Below the pieces are notes generated by a model, which saw nothing but the letters and a program-made list of their open reading frames with translations, had not been told where the DNA came from and made no database searches. This document shows positions 12,786 through 27,330 of a stretch of DNA of 64,000 nucleotides, one piece after another (position 1 is the stretch's first letter; the number at the start of each line of letters is the position of its first letter). This DNA is from Octopus sinensis (taxonomy: Eukaryota), in assembly GCF_006345805.1 (NCBI RefSeq), contig NC_043017.1:3658001-3722000 (forward strand), read 5' to 3'. A program made the position numbers and the translations under genes.

Positions 12786-14510
12786 AAAAAAAGAGGAAAT
12801 AGTATATTGTCCACATTTTGAATAATCGCTGCTTTGCCGTGTTTCTGTGGACATTCGTTGGTGTAATGTGTTCTCAAATCCCAGGCTGACCCTGGTCCAG
12901 CCAATCCACGAATTAGAGCTTTCCAAAAAAACGACCATCCCTTCTATTTTGGAAGATGTCTAGGACTATATTATCTAATACGTCCTTTACCCTTTGAAGT
13001 GGTGTGGTCTGATTCGAAAGAAATTTGGCTACTATTTCTCGCTATTCAAGTAACTAGTTAAAGGCACAAGGCCAACCAGCAATTTCGGGGAAGGGACTAA
13101 GTCGACTACATCGATCCCAGTGCTCAAATGGTACCTATTTTATTGAACCTGAAAGAATGAAAGGTAAAGTCCCCCTCGGCGAAATTTGAATTCAGAACAT
13201 AAAGACAGGCGAAATGTCGCTAAGCAATTTTTCCGGCATGCCAACGATTCTTATTTCTTTATTGCCTACAAGGGGATCGACCCCAGGGCGTAACTGGTAC
13301 TTGATTTATCGACTCCGAAAGGATGAAAGGCAAAGACGACCGGGGCGGTATTTGGACTCAGAACGTAGCAGCAGACGAAATACCTATTTCTTTACTACCG
13401 ACATGGGGCTAAACACAGAGGGGACAAACAAGGACAGACTCCGTCAAACTCTCAACTTTGACTAGTTTGAAATATTTTCAAGAGAAATTTTACGATTCTG
13501 GTTATGGATAAAGAAGACTGTGGGAACAAATTTGGCAATTTTTGGCAAAATACGTACCCCTTTGCCAAGTTATAACAAAAAGTTAGTGAAATATTTAAAA
13601 TGTTTACAGCTGGATAGATAGATAAAGACAACAAAATAATTTGACAAAAAATGTGAATTTTTAATTATTTTCTGAGATTTTACAAAAACTACAAAAATAT
13701 TATTAAAAAAAATATCTGTCTGTATATATGTACGCACGTATGTAATGTATGTCATTATTCAGTTTTATTTCAGGATTCCTTGCCACTAGAGAAAGATCCG
13801 GTTTCTTATCTCAATCCAAGACTCTTTCAGTGGAATTTCAACATCAACAGGGTTTTTTTTGCATGTACGTACGTACGTACGTATGTATGTATGTATGTAT
13901 GTATGTATGTATGTATGTATGTATGTATGTATGTATGTATTTATGTATGTATGTATGTATGTATGTATGTGTGTATTATGTGTGTATGTATGTATGTATG
14001 TATGTATGTATGTATTTATGTATGTATGTATGTATGTATGTATGTATGTATGTATGTATGTATGTATTTCTTTACTACCCACAAGGGGCTAAACACAGAG
14101 GGGACAAACAAGGACAGACAAACGGATTAAGTCGGTTACATCGACCCCAGTGCGTAACTGGTACTTAATTTATCGACCCCGAAAGGATGAAAGGCAAAGT
14201 CGACCTCGGCGGAATTTGAACTCAGAATGAGTTCTATGTATGTATGTATGTATGTATGTATGTATGTATGTTTGTATGTATGTATGTATGTATGTATGTA
14301 TGTATGTATGTATGTATGTATGTATGTATGTATATGTATCTGTCTCACCACATATATATTTCAGCTCCGCTATTTAATGTTCCATGTATCAAAATACGTG
14401 AATTCTATCTTGCCTGTATTTCACTTGGTCTGAATATCTCGCCGTCTCATCACACATTTATTTCTAGTTAGCATGTGAATGTCCTCTTCATTAAATGTGT
14501 TAACCCTAAC

Positions 14511-14601
<91 letters not shown>

Positions 14602-15241
14602 CTCTATCTATCTATCTATCTGTCTATCTATCTATCTATCTATCTATCTCACCCTATAATTATTTCTAGTTAGCTATTTAATGCTCCATGTATCAAACAT
14701 GTCAACACTAACTCAATTAAGGCGTGAACAGCCGAGTTGATAGAAGGACCAGCTAACAGCTTATCATTTTGTGTCATTTCCCTTCTATTCCCTTTATGGC
14801 TGTCACCAAAACACAAAAGGTGGACGTGGAGTTAGTTATAGTTTGTAACAACAATAACAATAATAACAAAAAACACCAACTAATTATGTAGATAGGGGCA
14901 AACTAGTAAAATAGTTATATTGTTGAGGGTTTGCTTCATTAGCGTGTAGAGCCGATTTCAAGTTCACATATGTTCCTGTGAGAATATAGCAAAGAAACAA
15001 CTGTTGTGCTAGCCACGTCAATTGAACAACAGTACCAATCCGCCGTCCACGAATTTGGACTTAGAGATCTCCATTTCCAGCGACTTCGAGGGCCACCTTC
15101 CAGTGGTGTCGGGCGTCAACGAAGAGCCCTCGACTACAACAAGACGACCAAAGTTTTTTTCTTTTTTTTTCCCAAGGTCTGGGGTCTCCCGCCCCTAAGC
15201 CCCAGACCATCACCTAATCACCCTTACCCGTCTTGTTGCTT

Positions 15242-15279
<38 letters not shown>

Positions 15280-16441
15280 CCAATGTTTCCTGAGTTGGTT
15301 TTAAAAAAAACTGGCCTTGATTGTTATTGCTGTTGTTGATATCGATGTTGTTGTTATTCGTGTTAAACTGTGGGATCTGTTCGAAGTAGCCAAATAATGA
15401 GTTTAAAAAAGTGAGACGGTGGTCAACTCCTAATAATACTACACTGGAAGTCCTTCATTGGGATCAATTTGATAAATGCCTTGTCTTCATCATGCACAGA
15501 TCGTAAACGTGTGGATAAGTGTGTCGTTTCATCAGGAAACGTTTATATTTAAGTCTCACCAGACTAGAATTACTCGGGCCGTTCGAGACTTCTATAAGAT
15601 GCCACAGATATCACACTGCCATGGACCTATATACTCAACTTTAAGCGGTGGTGCCCCAGCATGGCCGCGACCTTCGGGCTAAAACATTTTTAAGGACTTA
15701 AGGATTTAAATGTTACATACCCCGCCACCTCCTATCTCTCTCCCTCTCTTATAGTATAATCTTTTAGATATTGTGATCGGTGTTCGCATGTGCTAACAGG
15801 AATCATGGTTTGTTGACAATACTTTCGGCCTTGAAATGCTGATTTCTTTCGACTGTCAGGGAGTGGCTTTTGTTTTTCACTCGTTCACGTTAGTCGAGAT
15901 TTGATTTTTTGCATTCTGTTCTTGCTATTAATATTAATACCACTTACATTATTAATAGCCAGTTTTTTCTGGGGAATTCTCTGTTAGATCGATGTATTAT
16001 TCAATAAAGTTTTCCTTAGAAGTTTTGTTTCATGTTGCATGGTCTAGTGTTTTTACTGTTGCTTTTCATTGGGAATAAACGGTGAACGGGTGAGAAAGTG
16101 CTGTGCTTCTATAGCCAATTTAACAGTTGGACTCGTGAAGTTTACTATTTCCACATTAGTAATAAAATTTGTTAATCACATTTATTATTAATAGCACAAT
16201 AATAGACTTTCAGGTTTGTGTTTCAATCACCAGCAGGTCCTTAATTTTGGAAGTTTTGTAATACAGTTAGACTCAGCATTACAGCGAGACTGAATTTACT
16301 GGGATACAATGCATTGTATTTCTGTTATCAGAATTTTGATGAGCTTTCGTCAATCTGAATTTATTATGTATTTGTACTTCATTTATGTAACACACTTTGT
16401 GTGGTTTGTTTACGGACATACTGCTGATTCTAATTTCCACT

Positions 16442-16496
<55 letters not shown>

Positions 16497-16986
16497 TGCC
16501 CGGACGCAGTACCAAGCATTGTTTTGTCTTGATATAAAAAGATGGCTACAGCAAATATTCTGCGCTATACCACAATTTGCTTGTCAGTTGTTTGACCTTA
16601 ACCAGTTGAGCATGTCCCTTAGTGGCTGACGATATGTGCATCTCTGATCATGTGCAGAATTAGTGGGTGAGCATCATAGCCGTGTGTTGGGGTTTGAATA
16701 ATTCACCTTTGGAAACATGGGTGGTTCATTCAACATCCTTAAACAACCCTTATTCAGGGACCTTTTGAACGGGATGGGTTACTCGACCAGAAGAAAATTC
16801 TAACTGGGCCCCACCTGCAAGTCATGTGCTATTTATCTTGATATGAGATCACCATGTCGCGTACATATGGTTGTGATGCATGTGCCTAGTGTACCCTTAT
16901 CAGACGGGTAGTCATGATGGTTATACTGGGCTTCGTATATTTTACCCCAGTGTCACTTTGATGGCATGCACTGCTCTCTCACTCAA
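16497..16986 (+). mobile_element. About 490-bp non-coding dispersed element associated with (TAA)n
   Basis: Second, inverted copy at 33599-34090; both abut TAA/ATT microsatellites. Confidence 0.75.
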
Positions 16987-18399
16987 TTAAGATCAAAAGT
17001 GCCCTAGCCACGAAAATGCCGACTTTTAGGTATTCAAAACCTAGTATATCGCGGTCTGAATATCTAACCTATATCTAGTGACTTCAGAAATGGCAGATAC
17101 ATACTGGGTAATGTTGACTTGGAAACATTACGTTTGGACAAATTGACTGGATGTTCGCGCTGAGCACGACTTTGAACATAGATCTACTGCATCAGGAAAA
17201 TCCTTAGAAAACCAGCAGCAACAGGGAATTTCTACATGGCCATTCAATTTGCTAGAAATGGCACCACAATTTCACACAAATTACAACCTACCATCTTAAT
17301 AGGAGGCCTGTGAAATGGCGGAGTTGTTACACAGTGTTATATCGCAATACTACACAATGGCTGTGTGTGCAACGAAATCTTCGTCGCCACTGTTATATCG
17401 CACGTTCGAATACCTCTACAACTCTACTTTGACTCTGCCCTGCTCATCTGTGCTGCTGACGTCTAGGCTTTTCCCTCTATATCTACGTATTGGGCTAGCC
17501 TACTTCATCGTCTGGGGGCGTTCACCCAACACACAGAAAGCCTCGAGATATTTGCTCTGATTTTCTGCGCTTTGACTTCAAATCCCACAGAAGTCATCTT
17601 TGCCTTTTCATCCTTTCGGGATTAGTAAACAAAGTATTAATCCAAGGCTATGGATTAGTAGAATTCTTAAAGCATCGAGTGAGATGACTTGTGGTCAGTG
17701 TATGCTTTTTAGCATTCAGAAATATACAGTATATATTCTAGCGACATCTGCGATGGCACTAATGTCAAATTGCACCGATCATTATGTTTCACTTGGCCAA
17801 TATCGGTGAGGGTAGGGCGGGAAAGATGTGCATACAGGGATAATTCTTAGTCTTCCATGAAAATAAACTTTCTAAGTCCTGCTCTTTTTATAAGAACCTT
17901 TTAGGTGCAAATCTATGGCTTGACGGTACATAGGGTGCACCCCAACCAACGTATCCCGAAATAAATGGGACTGTCACGCTTGAAATGCCTTTGGTCATAG
18001 CTCTACTCGACTAAGGGCTACCTAGGATTTAATTAACAATTGCTAAAGCACCAGACCCTCCCCGTCTTAAATTCACCCACGAAACCCTTAAAATGTGATG
18101 GGTACGGTTGGAACGCCTTAGAGATATCGTTCTACTCAATTTGGGTTGACCTGGGGTTTAAAACAATCTTTAAAGCACCAATTCTAACCCCGTCTTCACC
18201 CCACCCCTACACACACATCCACCCACTCACACATTGACCACCAAGATGGCATCTCAACTATTGCAGTCTGTTTCTGGCCCACTGACCATCGGTCAGTTGT
18301 TTATAATTAAGCCGAGGTGTGTGGAGATATTTGGCTATGCCAACTTGAGTTGCAGATATTTTAATTATTAGTTAGTCAACTGACACCCCTCCTACACAC

Positions 18400-18646
18400 A
18401 CACACATACACAAACACACACATACACACACACACACGCACACACATCTACCCGGTTGATTATGGTTAAGCTACAGCGGGGTGGGGGGTAGGGGACGTGT
18501 TGAAGTAAAGTAGACTCTACGTGGATACGGTCGATAAAAAAAGTCCCAGGTGGTGAGTGTTTGAGTGTGTATTCGGGGTGGTGGTGGGTGGTGGAGGAGT
18601 TGAATGCCATGTTTGGTCGGTACATTCGCGGAGGCGCGAACGCGTG

Positions 18647-18678
<32 letters not shown>

Positions 18679-18819
18679 TGTATGTACGTACGTATGTATG
18701 TATGTATGTATGTATGTATGTATGTATGTATGTATGTATGTATGTATGTGTGTGTGCATGTGTGTGTATATATATATATGTATATGTATGTATATATATA
18801 TGTATATATATATGTATAT

Positions 18820-18891
<72 letters not shown>

Positions 18892-19571
18892 TGCACATAT
18901 GCGTGGGTGCTAGTGTATGAATTTTTCTGTGTATTTGTGTGTCCGTATGTATATATGTGTGTATATGTGTGAGTATTTGCATACGCATGGGTAGTAGTGT
19001 ATTCATTAATATATCTGGGTTTTACTGTATGTACAAATGCATGTATGTATGTATGTATGTATGTATGTATGAATGTATGCATGTATGTATGTATGTATGA
19101 ATGAATGTATGTATGTATGTATGTATGTATATATGTATGTGTGTATGTATATATATATATGTATGTGTGTATGCATGTATGCTTGTATATATGTATGTAT
19201 ACACGTGTTTTGTGTATACATGTATGTATGTGCTCAGAGTATGTGTTGTTTTATTGTATGTATACAGTGCGCGCGTGCGTGCATGTGTATATTTGTGCAT
19301 TGCAGTTTGTGTGTGCATGGATGTGTGTATATGATGTGTGTGTTGCAGTGTGTGTATGTGCGCGATTGTTAGCGAGTTAGTAATGTTAGTATGTTAGTAT
19401 GCAAGTTGTGTATGTGTCATTACGTGTGTTTCTCTGCCTGTATGTGTGTGTGAGTGTGTGTGTGAATGTGTGTGTGAATGTGTGTGTGTGTGTGTGTGTG
19501 TGCGTGCGTGCGTGTGCAGCATTGTGCAGTACGTGTGTTTTCAAAATACATATATGTAATGTGTGTTTGTA

Positions 19572-19611
<40 letters not shown>

Positions 19612-19621
19612 GATGTATGTA

Positions 19622-19652
<31 letters not shown>

Positions 19653-19680
19653 GTGCGTGTGTACGTAAGTTGGAATATCT
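18400..19680. repeat. Compound microsatellite block (CA, TATG, TA, TG)
   Basis: Direct reading. Similar blocks at 346-600, 5640-5900, 13870-14065, 34090-34960 and 50300-50700. Confidence 0.9.
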
Positions 19681-22600
19681 ATATTACGTGTGTGAGGGAT
19701 AATTTCTTGTTTTTCGAAAACACTCATTGCACGGCCAGTGCACTTTCAGTCGGATCGAGTACGAATCCCAGGTCATCAGTGCAAACAGGTAACCTCCATT
19801 TCACGGTAGGATAATTTCAAAACTTTTAACGCCTCCTTCTACATTGGAGTCACAAATAACAAGCCAATGAGGCAGAATGTATATAGTCACTCGGCCAACT
19901 AAAAATAGCAGCTTCATCTCTCTTGGAGCCACACTCTGCTAATTAATAATAATAATAATAATATTAAGAATAATAATAACAAAAGCAATAACAAAAAGCA
20001 ACAATAACAACAATCATCCGTTCTACTATAGGAACAAGGCCTGGAATTTGGGGGAAGGGAGATATTGAATTACATTGACCGCAGTGCGTAACTGGTACTT
20101 AATTCATCGACCCCGAAAGGATGAAAGGCAAAGTCGACCGGGGCAGAATTTGAACTCAGAACGTAACGGCAAACGAAATACCTATTTCTTTACTACCCAC
20201 AAGTGGCTAAACACAGAGGGAACAAAGAAGGACAGACATATGGATTAAGTCGATTACATCGACCCCAGTGCGTAACTGGTACTTAATTTATCGACCCCGA
20301 AAGGATGAAAGGCAAAATCGACCTCAGCGGAATTTGAACTCAGAACGTAACGGCAGACGAAATACCTATTTCTTTACTACCCACAAGGGGCTAAACACAG
20401 AGAGGACAAACAAGAACAGATAAACGGATTAAGTCGATTACATCGACCCCAGTGCGTAACTGGTACTTAATTTATCGACGCCGAAAGGATGAAAGGCAAA
20501 GTCGACCTCGGCGGAATTTGAACTCAGAACGTAATGGTAGACGAAATACCGCTAAGTATTTCGCCCGGTGTGTTAACGATTCTACCAGCACGCCACCTTA
20601 AACAATAACAACAATAATGATTTCAAATTTTAGCACAGGGCCAGCAATTTCGGGAGAGAGGGCAAGTCGATTAGATCGACTCCAGTGCTCAACTGGTACT
20701 TATTTAATCGAACCTGAAATCATGAAAGGTAAAGTTGAGCTCGGTGAAATTTGAATTACTGCATAAAGACGGACGAAATGCCGCTAAGCATTATTTTCGA
20801 CGTTCTAACGACTCTCCCAGCTAGCCCCCTTTATAACAATAATAATAATCCTTCCGCTTTAGGCACAAGGTTAAGGCCAGTGGTTAAGGCAGTGGACTCG
20901 CGGTCGGAGGATCGCGGTTTCGATTCCCAGACCGGGCGTTGTGTGTGTTTATTGAGCAAAAACACCTAAAGCTCCACGAGGCTCCGGCAGAGGGTGGTGG
21001 CGACCCCTGCTGTACTCTTTTGCCCCAAATTTCTCTCACTCTTTCTTCCTGTTCCTTGAGTAACGCTGCGATGGACTGGCGTCCCATCCAGCTGGTGGGG
21101 GTGGGGGGAACACATACGCCACAGAAACCGGGAAACCGGGCCCATGAGACTGGCTAGGCTTGAAAAGGGCGCATAAATAAAAAATATATATATAGGCACA
21201 AGGCCTGAAATATTAGTGGAATGGGAGAGTCGATTACATCGACACCATTATTTAACTGGTACTTGCTTTATCGACCCCACTTGGTGGAAAAGAAATGTCG
21301 ACTTCGGCGGATTTTGAACTCAGAACACGAAGACAGACAAAATGCCAAGCTTTTTACTCACCGTGCTAAATGTTCTGCCATATCGTCGCTTTAGTGGTAT
21401 CCTTTCTAAGTACAAGGCCTAAAATTTTGGAAAAGGGGGCTAATCGATTACATCGACCCTAGTGCTGGACTGGTTTTTATTTTATAGACGCCAAAAGGAT
21501 GAAAGGCAGAGTCGGCCTCGACGGAATTTGAAATCAGAGAATATAAGGGTGGACGAGATACCGCTTAGCATTTTTCACGGCTTGCTAACGATTCTGCAAG
21601 CTAGTCGCCTTATGCCGTCTTAGTAATAATAGCAATAAGAATAATCGTTTCTACTGTAGGTACGAGGGGTGAAATTTAGAGGAAGGGCTTAAGTCGATTA
21701 CAACGAATTCAGTGCGTAACTGGTACTTATTTAATCGACCCCGAAAGGATGAAACGATAACAATAATAATGATGATTTCAAATTTTGGTACACAGACACA
21801 CACACACACAGACACACACACACACATACACACACACACAAACACACACACACGCGTGTGTGTAAACTGAATTTTCCTGTAATTAGTTTCATTCTACGGT
21901 GACTTTGGGTGAGGACTCTGCTCTCCCTATTCAAGCAGGTTTTACATCCTTCTGAGTGTTGTTTTCATTTTAAGAAAATCTGTCCAATGCTCTCTCATTG
22001 GCTGGTCTCTATAGTAAAGTGTCGTCTGTAGTTACCATCGTTTCTTTCTGTTTTTTAAAAAATGTTTTTGCTTTTTTTTCATATCCGGTTTTCTTGAAGT
22101 GGTATTTTTCTGAAATGTATGTGTATGTCATTGACCATTAGCCAATTCTGCCGAAGATCTCTTTCAACTTGTAAACTGCGTAATAGTATCATGTCTTGCT
22201 AAGAATTGCTTTGTTCTTTGTTTTGCTAGAGTTCATTATTTGTTGAGCACCATTCATTGGTCGTTTTACTAATTATCATCAATTTGTCTGCTGATTATAT
22301 TCAGATCCTGTTTTGCTAATGTTCTGTCTTATTCATAAATAGTCTTTTTATATCCCAAGGCACTAAAGATGATACTCTCTGTCTGGTGGGGGACTACACT
22401 TTTATAACTCCTGTTTTTAACTGTTTTTATTTCCCGTGGGTTAACTTCATTCATTGTTTCTTTAGTTTTAACATCGTTCTGCGCTATTGCTATTTACCTA
22501 GTTTGCATTTCAGACCAGATTTCACAAATGAATTTATTTTGCTGTCTCCAACGTGACAATATTTCCTTTCCTACAGTTGAATGGGAATATTTGTTTCATA

Positions 22601-23669
22601 GACTTCTTAAGATATAGTTTTCTATAGTGCGTTGGGGACATATTACAGAAAGGTTTATTCGAGGAGTGATACTATATTTAGATTTATATTTACAATATTC
22701 TTTTATAAGACTCAAATATGCTTCGATCTGTCGAAGCAAATTTGCAGTTCTTTCATAAATATTGCAGAACCTGTTATCTACGTATAAATAACATTGAAGT
22801 TTCGGCTTGTAGATTCTTTACACATTTTGTCATTTTGTCTCCCTTGTAATATTGGGGAGGATGTAAGTCAGTTAAATCGATCCTTGTGCTCAACTTGTAC
22901 TTATTTTATCGATTCTGAAAAGATGAAGGGTAAAGTCGACCTCGGCGGCATTTGAACTCACAATGTAAAGACTGACGAAATGCTGCGAAACATTTTCCCC
23001 GACGTGCTAACGATTTTGCCAGCTCGCTCCTTTGTAATATTGTTCAATCTATTTTCGACTATGATTGGAATATTCTTTTGTGTAGAGCAGGACTTCGTTT
23101 AGATTTTTATAACGTTAAGATTGACTTGTGATTAAAAGGTTCTTTGATAACAAACGATATACATACAAACAATTTCAGAGTGGCGATTTAAAAAAAAACA
23201 GAATCATTGAGAAATAGCTATTCTCTGACGCAGCTAATCAACATCGTTATCTTTAAATATCCTTAAATTAGATCTTCTTCCGCTGATGAACGTTTGATGC
23301 ATTAATTTGATAATAAAATTAACCAGGTGATTAACTTAATTATCTTTCTCGTATACTGACAAACTTTAGCATTTAAATGTGTGTGTGTGTCTGTGTGTGT
23401 ATGTGCGTGCGTACCTGTGTGTATTACAATACACACACTAGCACATGCATGTTCATTATATACATACGTGTAGGTCGACTTTACCTTTCATCCTTTCGGG
23501 GTCGAAAAATAAAGTACCAGTTTCGCACTGGGGTCGATGTAATCGACTTACTCCCTTTGTCTGTCCTTGTTTGTCCCCTCTATGTTTAGCCCCTTGTGGG
23601 TAGTAAAGAAATATATATACATACGTGTATACACGTATGTGCTTTATTATTATTATTATTGTTGTTGTT

Positions 23670-24819
23670 AATCTGAAAGACTCTCGGATAGTTCTTAATT
23701 ACCGGTTAATCTTTATTTGAAATTAGGCAACAACAAATCACCAAAGGTTTCAAGTAGTGCCTTCTCCTGTGACTCAAAGAGACAATACTCTCCTTAGAAT
23801 GTGAACTGTACCCAACAATACTGTCTTCTGGATAACCTCGAGCCTGACAGTAGCCCCCAATATTCTTAATATGTTTTTCAAAGCCCCTGGAAACTGCTCC
23901 TAATGTTCCAATTACCACCATTACTTTCCTCGTGCCCCATAACTTTCCTATCTCTTCCCGCAGTGGCTGGTATTTCACAATCGTTTCTGTTTCCTTAATT
24001 TCACCCTCTAATCGCCTGGTATTGCAGCATCTATTATCTTTTCTTCTCTTCCATCTTTATGGACGATCACAATATCTGGTCGTCTCGCCTCTATGGCTTG
24101 GTCGCACTGCATGTTAAAATCCCAGAGTATTTTGTAATGTTCGTTTTCCATTACTTCCCCTGGCTTGTGTTCATACCATTGCTTGGCTCTCTCGAGGTTT
24201 GCTTTACTGCACAACATCCAGTGGTCATATCTGACCACATTGTCGTGTCTCCTTTTGTATTCGCGTTTCGCGAGCTTACAGCACCCACTAACAATATGGC
24301 TTATACTTTCTCTCTTCTCAGAATACATCCTACATTGTGGCAAGTCAGTGCTTTTGTCAATGTGATATTTGGAGTAGTTTGTTCTGAGAGCTCGTTCTTG
24401 AGTGCTGCACACTAATTCTTCCAGTAGGCCCTTTTAAGTCTCCTTTCTGCAGCCATTGCCAGGTTCTATTCTAATCAATCTCATCTTTATTCTTCAAGAA
24501 CTGATTGTGTATTCTCTTGTCCTGCCATATTTTCTTCATCTACTCTTTCTGGTCTATCATAAATTGTGTTAGATCTACGGCTTCGTTCGCTTTTAAGGTT
24601 CCCTGCATTTTCACTACTTCAGACATTTCTTCTTTACTCCCCTTGACATACCAAGCCAGGCTATTCTCCTCTTCCCTTACACAACCTTCACAACACACCA
24701 ACCCCCGCCCTCCTTCTTTCCTCTTTATATACAGTCTTGACATATCACTCTTGGGGTGTAGTCCCTTGCTCATTGTCATTAATTAAGTGTTTTCCGGACT
24801 ATCTCTTGTAATTCATGCT

Positions 24820-24821
<2 letters not shown>
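23670..24821 (-). mobile_element. 5'-truncated R4/Dong-like non-LTR retrotransposon (post-RT region, CCHC knuckle, restriction-like endonuclease)
   Basis: LHPKSDMSRLYIKRKEGGRGL; CRMYSEKRESISHIVSGC; RRHDNV; ILWDF; RRPDIVIV..IIDAAIPGD; VIGTLG. (TAA)n on both flanks. Confidence 0.88.
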
Positions 24822-24888
<67 letters not shown>

Positions 24889-25149
24889 GTCAAAATTAAA
24901 AGAAGAGTGCCATTGTTATCTAGTGAACGATGTTTCGACATCTCGTGTGTCTTCAATTAAATATAACATTTGATCACTTGTTTTCTTTATTCAAAATTCG
25001 GACAGAACTTATGGGATGACCTAGTTTGTCAGAATAAACTTATTTTTTATTCGTGTTTGTTTATTTTATGGATTTCTTTTAATGGTACATTGTTTGTGGA
25101 AGAGAACTTAAATGCCTTTTTCGATGGGGATTTTACCCTTGGAAATTTT

Positions 25150-26330
25150 CTACTAGAGTCGACATTAGCCGTCATATATATACAGTCTCACGGTTTCAGC
25201 CATAATGACCGATGCCTTCAAAGATACACACTTAAATATGGCCATCAAATGCCACACTCACTCTTTAACCCCAAGAGGCTTCAAGGAAAAACTAAGGTTA
25301 TAACAGACACCATAAATGACATCCTGTTTCCTGATTTCTGCGCCTGCATGTCAGCTGCCGCCGAAGCTGACATGCAGCACTGTATTGCCAGATTCTCTGA
25401 TGCTTGCAACAGCTTCATCCTCGCGAAAGCCTTACACTGAATCCACTACACCTATTAATGAACAACAACTGCATGCAGTGGATACTTTTATATACGAGGG
25501 GTTCTGAAAAGCTCCTGGCTTTAAGGTTATCGTGAAAGGTTTGGTTGGAGGCCCAACCTTCCGAGTTCTTTTACAGGACTTAGAAAAACTGAAGGACCAC
25601 TGCAATAAGTGTGTGAATCTGAGAAGGAAATATGTCCAATAAAATCATAACCTTTTCTCCTGTATTTTCTTTTACCCAAAACCAGGAACTTCTCAGCACC
25701 CCTTCGTACATTGGGAGCACACTTTCCAGAAATGTAGTCAATTATGATGAGGTAAATGCCAAATTCACTAAATTGAGTGTTGATTTTGCCAGATTCCATA
25801 AGAACGTGAGAAACAAGAAAGGCATCAACCAAGAAACAAAAGTCACGGTTTATCGAGCAATAGTTCTCGCATCTCGATGTTGGCGAAACGTGGAAGGTCT
25901 ACTAAAGTCACGCAAGGAAACTGAACCACTTACACACAAACTACTTCAGAAAACATTTTGGCATAGAATGACAAAACTAAAACCCGGACACTGAGGTACT
26001 CACCCGTTACTAGTCTGCCCAGTATATACACCATTCTGATGGAGTCACTGCTCCGCTGGGTAGATCATGTAGTTCGCATGCCGGACCAATGGCTTCCAAA
26101 AGACTATTAGATGGCAAACTCCAACAAAGTTACCACTTCCAGAGAAGCCAGAAAATGCGCTTCCAGAGAAGCCAGAAAAAATGCTTCAAAAACGCATTAA
26201 AAGCTTCTCTAAATGCGTCCAACATCAACCATATCAGATGAAAGTAGTTAGGTCAAGACAGAGGTAAGCGGTGACCATCCGTCCGCAAGAGCATGCAAGC
26301 ATGTGAAACCAACAATATTGCAGCAGTTGA
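25150..26330 (+). mobile_element. Decayed RTE-clade LINE (RT C-terminal region), interrupted by a mariner MITE
   Basis: SLFNPKRLQGKTKV..INDILFPDFCA; YIGSTLSRN...KVTVYRAIVL; HVVRMPDQWLPK. Confidence 0.8.
25493..25708 (+). mobile_element. Mariner MITE (internal deletion derivative)
   Basis: TIRs tacgaggggttctgaaaag / ctcagcaccccttcgta, TA-bounded; internal KLKDHCNKCVNLRRKYVQ* resembles a mariner C-terminus; sister copy 53233-53452 in reverse. Confidence 0.8.
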
Positions 26331-26659
26331 GCAACGCAAACAGCCCGGGAAAACCATCACCACCAAATCCCCAATTATCACCATCATTCCTTCTCCACAC
26401 TCCCAGAGAACATTCTGGGTGCGGTTTTATCTGATCGGCCCCCAACGTACCCACAAAGTCTAACCGCAACTCCAGGATAACCAGACGGCTCTCGTCGTTC
26501 CGTCGGCAAAATTGAACCATTGTATTGTAAGAGATATTATTTGTACTGGGAGTTGAATTTTACATGGTAGTTTTAACTTCTCAAAATATTCCAGTGCGAC
26601 AAGTAAATAGTTAATATACCAGGATATTATTATTAATTAATATTCTAGAAACAGATGTA

Positions 26660-27330
26660 AGACCTTCTATATATAAATGCTCTAATATCTCCACAGCCTT
26701 GGTTTTTTTTATCTCATTACGAAAAAAATTCATATATACACACGCTGACATAGAACCAACGTTGAACCCCTTATTCGCAATATTACCGAATCTGGAACTT
26801 AACTATGGTCTGTCTATAGCACTTATTCAGCATTACCTGACACCTTTGGGTCTCAATGACACCATTATCCCTTAATATACCAGGTGTATATTGTTTTTGT
26901 TTTTTATAGATATTCGTACCATTTTAATTGCTAATGTGGCGAGGTAGAACGCCCTACGATGAGTCTATCATTCTCCATATTTTTGTTTATATAATTTGTC
27001 TTAAGGTCACCGAAAGAGTATCTCTATTGTCCAGTGCAGTAATAAGTTCCTATGATAGCTTCGACGGGATGGTGTAGGGGATGTAGTTATTTTTCTGTGT
27101 TGTATATATTATTTAATATAGTTTTTTTCGTATTCGTGATTGGAACTTTGGTAAAACAGACTTTTAATATCTAAGCTGGGGATGGTGCTCATTTATCTGT
27201 TTCTAAACGATTAGGGTTTCTGCGAATGATATTTCTTACGTGTGTACTGTTTATTCATATTCTTTAATCGCATGTTGGTGTATTTGAGTTATTATCTTTC
27301 TGCATTTTTACTGCTCAGTAAAAAAAATTA
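26660..27330 (-). mobile_element. Decayed Penelope-like element, RT region
   Basis: SLDIKSLF/TKVP (27141-27177, frameshifted), YKQKYG, KPRLWRY* (about 26675-26705); matches PLE RT motifs S.D..SLFT.VP, Y.Q..G and W.RYVDD. Confidence 0.65.

Noticed and set aside
22050-22700. Possible GIY-YIG remnant of a Penelope-like element (minus)
   Set aside because: Only vague motif similarity by eye; cannot be supported without a profile search.
24920-24958. Minus-strand TTGAAGA...GAAAC motif
   Set aside because: Core mutated and stems ambiguous; not counted.
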